DNA of 64,000 nt from Lama glama (lineage: Eukaryota): NCBI GenBank assembly GCA_028534125.1, contig CM052818.1, forward strand, positions 12,960,001-13,024,000, written 5' to 3'. Shown one piece after another: positions 38,120-50,800 of the stretch. The notes under the pieces were generated by a model. The model ran no database searches, was not told where the DNA came from, and saw only the letters and a program-made list of their open reading frames with translations. How positions within the stretch are numbered: position 1 is the stretch's first letter; each line of letters starts with the position of its first letter. The position numbers were made by a program, and so were the translations under genes.

Positions 38120-38325
38120 GAGGGATTAATGTTTATGGAGCACTTAACACATGCCAGATGCTCTCCAGCCACTCCAAATGCATCACCTCAATCTTAAAAC
38201 ATACTCCACTTCCCAGATAACAAATTGAAGTTCAGAGAAGGTGAGCAACTTGCCTAAGAACACACAGCTAAATGGTTGCACCAGTATTCAAACTCAGATA
38301 GTTTGGCTTCAGATGTCAATCTCTT
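38120..38325 (-). mobile_element. MIR SINE
   Basis: cagagaaggtgagcaacttgcctaagaacacacagcta...ccagtattcaaactcag. Confidence 0.75.
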
Positions 38326-41248
38326 AAAACTGAGAAATCTGGTAGAAGAATGGATTTTGGGGGGACATAGACTTTATTAACCTGCAGGAGAATATTCCCT
38401 AGGAATTCCCAAGAATGCTTTTACAGGTGGTACAGTGGTAGTAGTAAGGGGATTTTCTGAGATGCTGAGTTCCTGCTCGAGCAGGTAGGACAGTGTTTAA
38501 ATAGAAATTCTAACGTGAACTCATTATTTTCACAGACTGGTGAGCCCTAAGGCTATTTGGACATTTTGTGTATTTTATATTTGGGGAGGGAAAGTATGTG
38601 GGCATTAGCAGAAATTAGTCAATACTGTTGTATATGTATTAAATTCCAATACTGAAGTAATGAGCTAGCTAAAAAACTGAACAATAAGATTCATCTAGAC
38701 TAAGGATTGGGCTTGAAAAAAGGGGATCAAATGCTTATTCAATAAAGCATTTGCACAAACATAATAAGAAAATCTAACAGAATTCTCAGTGAAATTCAGC
38801 TAGCCATTGACATGAAAAAGAATTTAAGGCTGTTTCCTGTGAGTCTAACCAGATTGTGCTATAAAATTCCACCTGCAAATCATTCTTCACTTAGGACGCA
38901 CATCCCTTTGAGAAAATATCAAAAATGGTGATTGGACATTGGGAAGCCCATCTACAGAAATCTATTTAACTTATAAAATACCTGAAATACTGTTTCAGGA
39001 GCACTTTGAAGCTCACTGCCATGAACAACAATCTTTCTTTTCCACCTTAAATTATTTTGGGAACAAGACAGAACTGAAGTAAGTGCAAATAAGGAAAAGA
39101 TTTCTGTGAGAAAATGCATTTGGAAATCCAACTCATCATGTCCCAAACACACTTCCTCCCCATCTTTTAAGCAGTGAGTGTGGAGATTTTCCTGCTCACA
39201 GGGGAGGGTAGATGAGCTTGTAGGGCAGTGACTGAGGGAAAAGTGAATTATTTTCCCTCTGTGTGTTCAAAAGGAGAAAGCACCCTGCTTAGTCAAATTC
39301 CACAGTCAAATTTTAAGACTATTGTAATAAGACTATAGAGACATTTGAAATGACAGAATATGAGCACTTGGATCAAACTGGCCTGAAGCCATATACTCCT
39401 GGACCTTTAGTTCTGTGACAGTAAATTAAATACCCAGCACTATTTATCAGTTTGCTTTAAGGCGTTTTTAATTTGCAAATTTAACGGTTCCCAACTAATT
39501 AATACAGCAGGCTCTTAGAGTGTTAAGAAACTGGGTGGGAGCTTATGATGGGGTGAAGAACAGGAATGGTTCAGGGAGGGAGAGCCGTATAATGGGTGAT
39601 AATTCAGCCTTCAGATGGCATATAGAGGCAAGTAAGAGCTCAGAAAAGTTATGCCTAGTGGCACATGGACAGTATCTCCCTGTCATACAGTCTTCACTTT
39701 CCCCCTTTCTACCAATGCAGTTTTCTGGAAAAATCGGCACTGGAAGTGAGGGAGAACAGGAGTAGTTCAAGAGTCAGGATGCTGCAGGGAGGACTAATAG
39801 GGTTTCTCCAAACACTGAGCCAAAGTTTGCAGCTGCAGCAGTGAAGTGGGTAAGGCTAGTAAGAAAAGTTCCCTTTGCAGCTATATTCTTTGCAGATATT
39901 TGTATTACAGGGATGGACAGATGTTGATTATTTGAAAGGTAAAAATGGAGCTTTTTGGCCAAGATGACTTAAATATCTAAAGAAGACAATTGGATCTCGA
40001 GACCTGATTTGCAGGATTTTCAGAATTTTAACTAGATAACCACATTGTGTGTCACTGACACAACCTCAGAGTCCTCAGAAAGCATTTGAACTTCACAGAG
40101 GAGAGCCCTTAACTTTCCAAAACTCAAGAAAGAAAATTAAAATGTAGTTATAAGTTTATTACAATCCAACACAGAGTCATTAACTATAAGCATGGAAGAA
40201 AGTATGTCAACAGCAGAGATTAATTAAATTTATAGCAGTAGGAACAGCCCTACATCAGTCATTTGGGAAGCATTTTCCAGCTACAACAAAGCAGCCTGGG
40301 GATGGGCAGGGAAGATACTGTGTAATGTAGACTTAAACATATCTAGCAAAGAGCAGACACTTAAGGAAGAATGGAAAATCCTCAAGGACTTCTGGAATGA
40401 CGGCTCAAGTTAAAATAGTACTTAGAGGCAAGTGACAAAGGAGTAATCTAATCAGAGGAGCCTTCATGTTATAGTAACTTCTGAAGGAATTTTCCAAAAC
40501 CAGAGAAAGAGTTAAATACCCAAAAGGAGAACCTATAAACATTTTTTCTTAATGCATACAGAAGAGGGGAGAAAGCAAAACAAAAAAAGGGTAGTTACAT
40601 GGATTGAATTTAATAGACTTACCAAATTTACTGAATTTACTAATAGGGTTTTACTCTTCTAGTAAGAATGGGAATCTCCTGCATTTACAAATTAAATCTC
40701 CTCGGTATGGGACACTGCAGCATTTTTTTTTTCCCCAGCATTTTTTAAAGGAAACTTGTGATATATCTAAAGATGAGAAGTCCATGTGCCTCTGTGTTTA
40801 AGTGCTAATTTGATTTGGGAAACTTATGCACTTAATAATTGCCCCCTTTCTCCTTGTTAATTGGTTCCCTACCCCCACCAGCACCTCCCAGCAGAGGAGT
40901 AAAATGAATTTCTTTAGCACTATGTTTAGAATTGTTAACACCTCCTATGAAATTCTACTGTCCTTCACAATAGGAGCAGCGGGAGGAAGACATAACTCTG
41001 GCACTCTTTGGGTGATGAGGAAGACTCCCTGGCTTAAAAGGCAAATATCACTTTATTAAATTTCAGGCATGGTTTTGGATTACATCAAATTTAACTGCTA
41101 AATTTAATAAACAAGTAACTAACATATCAGGAAGAGGGTAAAATCCATGTTAGCTGAAAAGAAAATAAGAAACCTGAACACAGGGTCCAAGACCGTATTT
41201 TCACCACCTTAGAGACTGATAATCAAAATATTTAAAAACTGGTATAAA

Positions 41249-42065
41249 TGATGTCAGCAAGATGGCAGAACAGTTTTATATTTTCATCTCCCCAGAGTGC
41301 ACCAATTTTGACAACCATCCCCAAATGAGAGCATCTTTGTAGGAGTCCAGAAGCACAGCAGAGAAGTTTCAGCACATCATTAGAGCAAAAAAAAATCAAA
41401 GAACAGACTCACTGAAGAAGGTAAAAAGAAGTTTTACTTTGCCTGTGTCACTCCTCCCCCAAGGCGGCATGGCTCAGTGCCAAGAGAGACCCCCTCAGCC
41501 CTCAACCAGCCCCACGAGGGGATGTGAGAGCACAGTGACTGAAAGCCCAGTTTCCCCAGTTGTGTGGGGCACTCCGAAGTGACCCACCTCCTTTTCACCC
41601 CACCCAGCATGCTGAGAGCAGGCAGGACTTACAGCAACCAGAGCTTGGAACCACAAAGGGCCATGTGTCCTATTAACTGCATTGCAGACTCCATCAAGAA
41701 ACCTGCCCATGAGCTACTGGGGATGACTCACTTGTGGACCTGTAAACTGGCCCACTGGTACTTCTGATGCTCTGTGCCATATCTCACCTCCCACCCTCTC
41801 CCACTTCCCATAGCCAGCCCCCTGAGTGTTCTGCAGATACCAAGTATGAGCCTTTGCAGATGGCTACTGAGCATGTACAGAAAGCCAGCCTGACTGCAGG
41901 ATTGGGAGGAGACACACAGACGTGAGCATTTCAGAGCACTGCTCCAGGAAAAACAAATATGAGGCTCTAAGCACTCAGCCTGGGATTGCAGGATCAAGAG
42001 AAGGCATATGATCTTAAAAATCCTCCCCATCCCCAGCATAAAGAACAAGAGGGGTGTAGCAAGGA
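41249..42065 (+). mobile_element. L1 5' UTR (old L1M-type 5' end)
   Basis: Begins gatgtcagcaagatggca (YY1-type AAGATGGC 41259-41266) and continues as GC-richer L1 5'-end-like sequence. Confidence 0.65.
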
Positions 42066-42069
42066 CTGT

Positions 42070-42211
42070 TGTGATTACATTGAACTCACTCAGATAAGCC
42101 GGATAACTTCCCACCCTCAAGATCCTTAACTCTGGCCACGTAAAGTGGCCACATAAAGGTTCCAGGGATTTGGACATGGATATCACTTGGCGTCATTATT
42201 TTACTTATCAC
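42070..42211 (-). mobile_element. MaLR LTR fragment (MLT1B/C-like)
   Basis: gtgattacattg...cagataa...ctcaagatccttaact...aggttccagggatttggacatggatatc...tcaca. Confidence 0.75.
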
Positions 42212-44457
42212 AAATAACAAATTATTAAAGGAACTGAAATGTTACACTAGAAAATATTCACTTAATACAAAAGAAGACAGTAAAGGAGGAACAGAGGTAA
42301 TAAAAAGACGAAGTACATAGAAAGCACAAGCTTAAATAATAATGGGTTAAAGAAGTCACAGGGAAATTAGAAAGAAAATGAATTAAAATGAAACGCAACA
42401 TATCAAACTTATGAGATGCAACTCAAGCAATTCTCAGAAGGAAATTTTTAGTTGTAAACACCTGTATTACAAAAAGAATAAAGATTTCAATCAATAAACT
42501 AAATATCCATCTGAAGAACTAGGGAAAAAAAGCAAACTAAACCTAAACAAATGAGAAGGAAGGAAATAACAAAGATTAGAGCACAAATAAAACACAAATA
42601 AGATGAAATAGAAAAACAATTTAGAAAATCAATGAAACAAAAAGTTGGATTTTTAAGAAGATCCATAAAAACTGATGAACGTTTACCTAAGCTGATCAGG
42701 GGAAAAAAAGAGAGAGAGAAGACCAACATTACTAGTCAGGAATGAAACAGAAACACCATTATTGATCTTGCAGAAATAATCTTTGATTTTTAGAAAGGAA
42801 TAATTTACTGGTCTTTAGAAAGGAATAATGTAAAGAATTATATGCCAACAAATTTGATGACTTATATGAAGCGGAAAAATTCCTTGAAAGCCCCAAACCA
42901 CCAAACTATCTCAAAATGAAATAAAAAACCTGAATGGACCTACAACAAATCTATAAAGAGATTAAATGTGTAATTTAAGAATTTACTACAAAGAAAGACC
43001 CAGATCCAAAAGTCTTCACTAGTGAATTCTAGCAAATATGTAAAGAAGAATTAATGCTACTACTTCACAAACTCTTCCGAAAAATAGAAAAGGAGGAAAC
43101 ACTTTCCAATGCATTATAAGAGGACAGAATTCAAAAACACAGAATTAAAAAAAAAGACTAATAACTCATGAAAATAGATGCAACAATCTTCAACAAACTA
43201 CTAGTAAACTGAATCTAGCAACATATAAAAAGGATTATACACCATAACCAAATGAGTTTTATCCCAGGAATGTGAAGTTGATTCAACATACAAAAATCAT
43301 TTAGTGTAATACAATATATTAATAGAACAAAAGACAAAACCACATACTCATATCGATAGATACAGAAAAAAAATTTGACAAAAATCCAGCATCTTTTTAT
43401 TTAAAAAACAAAAATAGAAACTTCTTCAACCTAATAAAGGATGTCTACAAAATAACCACAGTTAACATCATCCTTAATGGTGAAAGATTAAGAGCTTTTC
43501 CCTTAAAATCAAGAACAAGATGTCCACTCTTGCTACTTCTATATAACATTGTACTAGAGTTTCTAAAAAGGGCAATTAGGCAGGGAAAAGAAATAAAAGT
43601 AATCACTATTGGAAAGGAAGAAATAAAACTATCTCTATATTTGCAGATGACACGATCTCATATATAAAAAATTGTAAGACATGCACATAAATACTATAAC
43701 TAATAAAATAGTTCAGCAAATACCAGAATACAAAAATCAGTGTGCAAATACAACTGTATTTCTATACACTAGCAATGAACAATCTGACAATAATATTAAG
43801 AAATCGATTTCATTTATAATAACATCAAAAAGAACAAAATTTTTAGGAATAAATTTAACAAAAGAAATATAAGATATATACTGAAAAGTATAAAACATCA
43901 TACAAAGAAACTACAGAAGACTGAATTACATGGAAAGACATCCAATGTTCATGGATTGTATGACTTAATATTAAGATGAAAATACTTCCCAAATTGATCT
44001 GTAAATTCAATGCAATCTGTCAAAATCTTGCTTTTTTTTAAGAACTGACAAACTGATCCTAATATTTATGTGAAATTTCAAGAGACCTAGAATAGCCTAA
44101 ATAATCTTAAAAATGAAAAACAGTTGGAGAATTCATACTTCCTGATTTCAAAACTTACTACAAAGCTGTTATAATCAAGACTATGTGGCACTGGCCTGAG
44201 CATAGACATATAAATCAATGAAATACAACTGGGAGCCCAGAAATAAACCCTTACATTTATGTTCAATTGATTTCCTACAAAGATGCCAAGAAAATTCAAA
44301 TAGGCATGATGAATCTTTTCAATAACATTAATAAAAGTATTCTAAAATTTTGAGGATGTTTGAAAAACTGTAACATGACTAAAAATCACCGAATTGCACA
44401 CATAATGTAGGTGTATATTTTGGTATGCAAATTGTTACTCAATAAAGATGTTTAAAA
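42212..44457 (+). mobile_element. L1MB-type LINE: decayed ORF2 (RT region) with internal deletions and a short 3' end
   Basis: ORF2 motifs tatgccaacaaatttga, atcccaggaatg, tttgcagatgacacgatc (FADD motif) and tttaggaataaatttaac (ORF 43681..43872 ends FLGINLTKE). The 3' end is ctcaataaag. Confidence 0.9.
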
Positions 44458-46724
44458 TCCACTGATTGACTTCAAATATAAAAATATTCCTTTTAGATTA
44501 AAAAGACAAAACATAAAATAACGTGATTTTTAAGATTGGAGAATAGAGGGATGATTAGGCATTTCAAATTTTTGATAGTTAAAATCCTATATTTAAATGT
44601 GTGTCTCATTTTGCAGGTTGAGAAATTGAGGAAGTTTCTGGATGAATTCCTTGTGCACCAACGAGTTCCAATGAGATTTTGGTTAGTGCCAGCATTATGT
44701 GACAGAGAAAGCCAAGAAAGAATCACTCAAGTCGATGTCGGAAGGAAAAGGAAAAGATTAGAAGCAGGCATTCTAGGTTTGTTTCAGATCAGCACACATT
44801 TGGATGCTTTTAATACTGAACATTTATTAAATGCAAGCAGCTCACTGGGCCAGAGAGAATCTTGAGCTATTTGTGGCCTCCAGCTCCCTGGTCTGAAAAA
44901 TTGGAGTGGATATCTGTTCATTCTACTTGAGGTTTAAGAACTTCTCTGAATTTATGAAATTGGAAACAGATATTTGAGTCACTTGGAACCATTCTTCATT
45001 CATAGTACGGTCATAAGTGTTTTCAGTATATTCTCCCTTAGAGTTGAGCAATATGAAAGTAAATCCCGGGCATATTCTAGAGAGATTCACCCTTTCTTGA
45101 ATGAAATATGTTTTGTGAGTTTGTTTCGACTACCTTATCTCTGGATCCCATGAACTCTGAGCTTTGTGTAAGAGTAGCAGCATCATGTTACCAGATTCTG
45201 AAACCACGCTTTTCTGGGATGTTCTGATGGCAGAGAGTACAAAGAAACGACTTCTCTGGAATCGTTCCAAGACAGCATGCTGCCAGGCAATCTGAGGATA
45301 ATATGCACAGTCCAGTGAAGGCTGCATAATTGTCCATGTGCTATTTTTAACTTACTCTCAAGAGTTACATCACTGGCACTGATAAGCTATTACAATGTGC
45401 TCAGATACACATTCAAAATGATTAACTAAGTGTCATGGACTTAGTGACATAATATCGTATATTAAATTTTGAAGGTTGAGCCCTGTTTCCAGGGCTTTTG
45501 CCTACAGTGCTGTTTGTTCCTTCTCGTATCACCCCATTATTTGGAGAGATGACAGAAGAAGGAATGCAGAGGGGAACTGAGTCACTTAGACCACTGCTAG
45601 ATGCTGAGGTCAGTGCAAGGCAACTGACTGCTAAGGGTTCTCTAGACTCACTCTGATAAAAATGAAAGTGCCTTTTTTCCCTACTCTAATCAGTTCGCTG
45701 ATCGATGCTTCTCTTGCACTTACAATAGGCATGGTAATATTTATTTTCTTCAAAGGCTTTCCTCCTATGACTACTAAAGCAGGGCTCACTTCAAAATCAA
45801 TATAAGTTCATCATCCGAATGATAAATTGTCAATGCATGAAATCATGAACAAGCAAAACTGTTAATACGTTACACTCCTGTTCTCGCAGCCTCTCTAATG
45901 TCCTCATTCTGACTTTCCCTCAACCCGAGAACCACTTCCCCTTCTACTTCATCTTCTCCCTTCAAGCTAGAGGAATTTCAGATATGAGCCAAGTAGATGA
46001 GCCTTTTATTTTAAGCACATGTGTATTTTCAGCTTCCCTGAAACAATTCATGCCTCTGGATAGAAGGAGATGGGTAATAAAATGCTCAAATGATGTTAGA
46101 AGGAAAAAAGAAAGTGTCGTGGACAGGCCTGAAGATTTCTGTCATGACCTAGAGTCTACTTTCTAGCTTCTTAGCAGGTCTTCAAATCCAGGACTGACTT
46201 GAGTGGTCAACGCCAGCATAGACTTTTACACTGACCCATGCTTCTCTTCATCGAGCTTTCACCAGGCTTTATAAGACTCTTTAAAGTACCATTTTTAAAC
46301 TGCTTAGAAGAATTAAACCATCTGAAGTTGTGAAAATTAGGATATCCCTGCAACATTGTGATTCTGGGCTAAAATGAGCCTCTTGAAGATACGTGCTTTT
46401 CTAGGATAGGTTAATTTCAAGGTCTAATTGGTCTTGAGTCCAACTCCAGCCTAACATGTGGAGTTTCCCATGTGCTCTGAAGGCACCTTTGACTCAAATG
46501 TATGGAGCTCTGAATGGGGAGCCAGGACACCTCTTGGTGCTGGCCTCGTGCCCAAAGGTCTGCACCGAGGACCCAACATGATTAGCTCAGTCCACAGTGG
46601 CATTAGTCAGCTAGGTATAAATACTTTGACCTGGAGTAAAAGGAAGTCAACTCAGATATTTGGATTTCTAAGAAAGAAAACTCCACAATATTTGTAAAGT
46701 CAGTAAAAGACGACTACCAAACCT

Positions 46725-46935
46725 GAGATCGTGCTCCCAGATTCAGTCCTAGCTCCCTGACTTTGTGACCCTGAGAAGATGTCTAACCTTTCAACACCTC
46801 AGTCTGTGCTATAAAACTGTAATAATAACAATACTCTTCTTCATAGAGTTACTTTGATAATTAAAGGAGATTGTGCATGTAAAATGCATATCCCAGAGTC
46901 TGGCACATAATAATTTCTCAACAAATTCTTGTATG
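46725..46935 (+). mobile_element. MIR SINE
   Basis: tgtgaccctgag...cctcagt...taataataac...tcatagagtt...attaaagga...gtctggcacataa. Confidence 0.75.
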
Positions 46936-47247
46936 TATTAGTGTCAGTGTGAATATTTGTGTCGTTTATCTTATTTGGTGATGGTTTAAAATATGAGATT
47001 CAAAAAAATACATTAACAGTTTTTCAGAAGAGTCTATGGCCTGCATCTAAAACAAAGCCTGTCTACACCACTGGGAAATAAATTCTGTTGTCATGCAGCC
47101 TTGGGCTAGACTGTCCTCTGAGAACAGCTTCTGACCTGCAGCTCTCACTAGCCAGTCCCCTGCAGCCCTTCAGGAAGAAGTCTTGAGATGCATTTGTTCA
47201 CCTAGAATATTCCAAATTGAGCAAAACAGCACAAAAGTGGTACTTCT

Positions 47248-47309
47248 TAGCCACAATGTGGAAACAACCTAAGTGTCCATTGATGGATGAATGGATAAAG
47301 AAGATGTGG

Positions 47310-47367
<58 letters not shown>

Positions 47368-47828
47368 TATATATATGGAATTATTTAGAATATTATTTAG
47401 TAATAAGGAAATCAGTCATTTGTGACAACAGGGGTAAAATCTGAAGGCATTTTGATAAGTAAAATACGTCAGACAGAGAAAGACAAATACTGTTATGATC
47501 TCATATGTGGAATCTAAAAAAACTGAATTCATAGAAACTGAGAATAGAGCAGTGATTGACAGGGGCAAGGGGTGGGAGTGGGTGGGGAAAATAGTTGAAA
47601 GTGGTCAAAGGGTTCAGTTATAAGATGAATAAGTTCTGGGGATCTAATGTGCAGTATGGTGACTACAGTTAATACTGTATTGTATATTTGAAAATAAGAG
47701 AGTAAATTTTAAAAGTCCTCATAACACATAGAAAAATTTGTAACTATGTGAGCTGATGGATGTGTTAACTAACTTGTGATAATCGTTTTGCAATATGTAC
47801 ATGTATCAAACCATTACATTGTACACCT
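47248..47828 (+). mobile_element. L1MA9-like 3' fragment containing a (TA)n(CA)n microsatellite at ~47311-47376
   Basis: ggaaacaacctaagtgtccattgatggatgaatggataaagaagatgtgg, cagacagagaaagacaaatactg, gttataagatgaataagttctggggatctaatgt. Confidence 0.9.
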
Positions 47829-50016
47829 TTTTTATTGGGGTATAACTGATACAGAACATTGTGTAAGTTTAAGGTGTACAACATGTTGATTTGGTACATG
47901 AATATATTACAGTATGATTACCACTGGAGCATTAACTAACACCTCCATCATGTCACATAATTATCATTTCTCTTTTTGTGGTGAGAACATTTAAGATCTA
48001 GTCTCTTAGCAACTCTGAAGTATATAACACTAAGAATTATTAACTGTAATCACAATGCTGTGCATTCGATCTCCAAAACATATTCATCTTCTAACTGCAG
48101 TATGTAACTTTTGATCAACATCTCCCCAAATGCCCCCGTCCCCCAGTCTCTGGTAACCACCAATCCACTCTGTGTTTCTGTGAGTTCAGCTTTTTTAGAT
48201 TACACATATGAGTGATACAGTACAGTATTTGTCTTTCTCTGTTTGACTCATCTCACTTAGCATAATGCCCTCGAGTTTCATCCATATTGTCACAAATGAC
48301 TGGATTTCCCTCTTTCTCGTGGTTGAATAATATTCTATTCTGTGTATGCATACCACATCTTCTTTATCTATTAATCCATTGAATGGAATCAGTTAAGGTT
48401 GGCTCTTGTGAATAATGCTGCAATTAACATGAGAGTACAGGTATGTTTTCATTTCCTTTGACTATACACCACAAGTGGGAATGCTTGATCATATGGTAGT
48501 TCTATTTTTAATTTTTTGAGGAACCTCCATACTGTTTTCCATAGTGGCTGTACCAATTTACATTCCCACCAATAGTGCACAAGGATTCTCTTTTCTCCAC
48601 ATCCTCATCAACACTTGCTGTCTCTTGTCTTTTTGATGATAGCCATTCTAACAAGTGTGAGTTTATATCTCATTGTGGCTTTGATTTGTACTTTCCTGAT
48701 ATTAGTGCTATTAAGTACCCTTTTATGTACCTGTTGGTCATTTGTATGTATTCCTTGGAAAAATATCTATTCAGTTCCTCTGCCTAGTTTTTAATTGAAT
48801 TGTTTGAAGGGTTTTGTTGTTGCTATTGTCATTGAGTTGTGTATATTCCTGATATATTTTGGATACTAACCTCTTATTAGATATATGGTTTGAAAATATT
48901 TTCCTCCCATGCAGTAGGTTGTCTTTTACACTGTTTCTTTTGCTGTGCAGAAACTTTTTAATATGATATGGTACCAATTGTTGATTTTTGCTTTTGTTGC
49001 TTATGTTTTTGGTATTCTATTAAAAAAAAATCATTTCCAAGACCAATGTCTTTCCTTATGTTTTCTACTAGGAGTTTTATGGTTTCAGATCTTACATTTA
49101 GGTCCTTAACTCTTTAAGTTAATTTTTGTGAGTGGTGTAAGATAGGGATAAAATTTTACTCTTTTGCATGTGAATATCCATTTTTCCCAATATTTATTGA
49201 AGAGACTATCATTTTCTCATTGAGTATTATAGGCATCATTGTCAAATACTAGTTGACTATGTACACAGGGGGTTATTTCTGGGCATCTATTCTGCTCCAT
49301 TGTTCTATGTGTCTATTTTTATGCTAATGTCATACTGTTTTGATTACTACATCTTCATAGTGTAGTCTGAAATCAATAAGTGCGATTCCTTCAGCTATGT
49401 TCTTCTTTCTTAGGGTTTGTTTTTGTTTTTTGTGTTTGGCTATTTGGGGTCTTTTGTTGTTCCATATGAACTTTGGGATTGTTTTTTCTATTTCTGTGAA
49501 AAATGCCATTGGAATTTTGATAGGAATTGCATTGAATCTACAGATGGCTTTGGGTAGTATAGACATTTTAACAATATTAATTCTTCTGATGTATGAACAC
49601 AAGATATCTTTCCACTTGTTTATGTCTTCTTCAAATTATTTCATCAAAATTTTATAGTTTTCACTATACAGAGCTTTCATTTCTTTGGTTAAATTTATTC
49701 TTAAATGTTTATTGTTTTTAATGCTTTATGAATCAGATTGTTTTCTTTATTTCTTTTTCAGGTAGTCCATTGTTAGTATATAGAGATGCAGCTGATTTCT
49801 GTGTGTTTATTTTACAAACAGGAATTTTAAAAATATATTTTCTATATATAAGATCCTATCTTTTCCAAATAAAGATAATTTTATTTCTTCCATATCAGGA
49901 TAATGCTGCCCTAGTAAAACGAGTTTGGGAGTATGCCCTCCTCTTCAATTTTTTTTGAAGAGTGTGAGAAGGATTAACATTAATGCTTCTTTAAATATTT
50001 GATAGAATTCACCAGT
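47829..50016 (-). mobile_element. L1MA9-like LINE, 5'-truncated (ORF2 remnant and 3' UTR)
   Basis: ORF 49330..49602 (-) contains [50 protein letters not shown], typical L1 ORF2. Antisense 3' UTR from 47829. Confidence 0.95.
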
Positions 50017-50019
50017 CCT

Positions 50020-50088
50020 GGCCAGTATCAGGGTTTTAAAAGCTCCCTAGGTGATGCAAATATGCAGCCAGGATGGACAGGACCACTG
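50020..50088. mobile_element. MER5-like MITE half
   Basis: ttttaaaagctccctaggtgatgcaaatatgcagccagg...accactg. Confidence 0.7.
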
Positions 50089-50139
50089 TCTGAGAGACTT
50101 CATATCTCTACCCAGAATGTGACAGTGGTGCCCCTTCAC

Positions 50140-50800
50140 TTCCTCCTTTACCCAACTGCTAGAATAATCTTTCTAAAATATTAATCTGTTTGTGACATTC
50201 TTTTAATTTTACTATGTCCCTGTGGCTCCCCATCACTGACATCCCAAACATGAACATCCTTCATTATCTATCTCTGCAGCTCTACATTTACCACCTCACC
50301 ATCAAGCTCCCATTCTTGGTAGCCATACTGACCTCAGTGGCATTTCTGAGATAAGCCTTTCTCCCTCACACTTCTATGCCCAATATACCCCATTTCTGTA
50401 GCCTATAATACTTGCTCCCACTGGTGTATTTGATTAACTCTAACTTGCCCTTCCAGACTCAGTTTCCTCTACATAGAGGAAAGATCGAGAATGAGAAGGG
50501 GGAACTGGTCTGTAATTGTATCTAATGGGTTCTGTTTCATTTATATTTTAATGAAATCTTAACAAAGATCCAACTTAGTCACTATGTCTATTGGCCCCCT
50601 CTTTTGTAGAACCTAAGCACAGTGTAAATAATTCTATCAGTAAATGAACCATACTGCTTGGTAACAGTTTATCTATCCTAACCTTGTGAGGTTAGGATCA
50701 GTATCTAGTTAATCTTTTAATCTCTAACATTTATCAGAATCTAAGGTATACAGTGGCAATGGAAAAGTATAACTTTGAATATCAAATGAATGAATGAAAC
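50140..50800 (+). mobile_element. L2 fragments
   Basis: ctgctagaataatctttctaaaa, tggctccccat, and a tgaatgaatgaa tail near 50787. Confidence 0.55.

Noticed and set aside
44600..44690. Plus-strand exon-like tctcattttgcag|GTTGAGAAATTGAGG within ORF 44536..44865
   Set aside because: The acceptor matches a decayed antisense MIR core (cccattttacagatgaggaaactgagg), and the peptide is unrecognisable.
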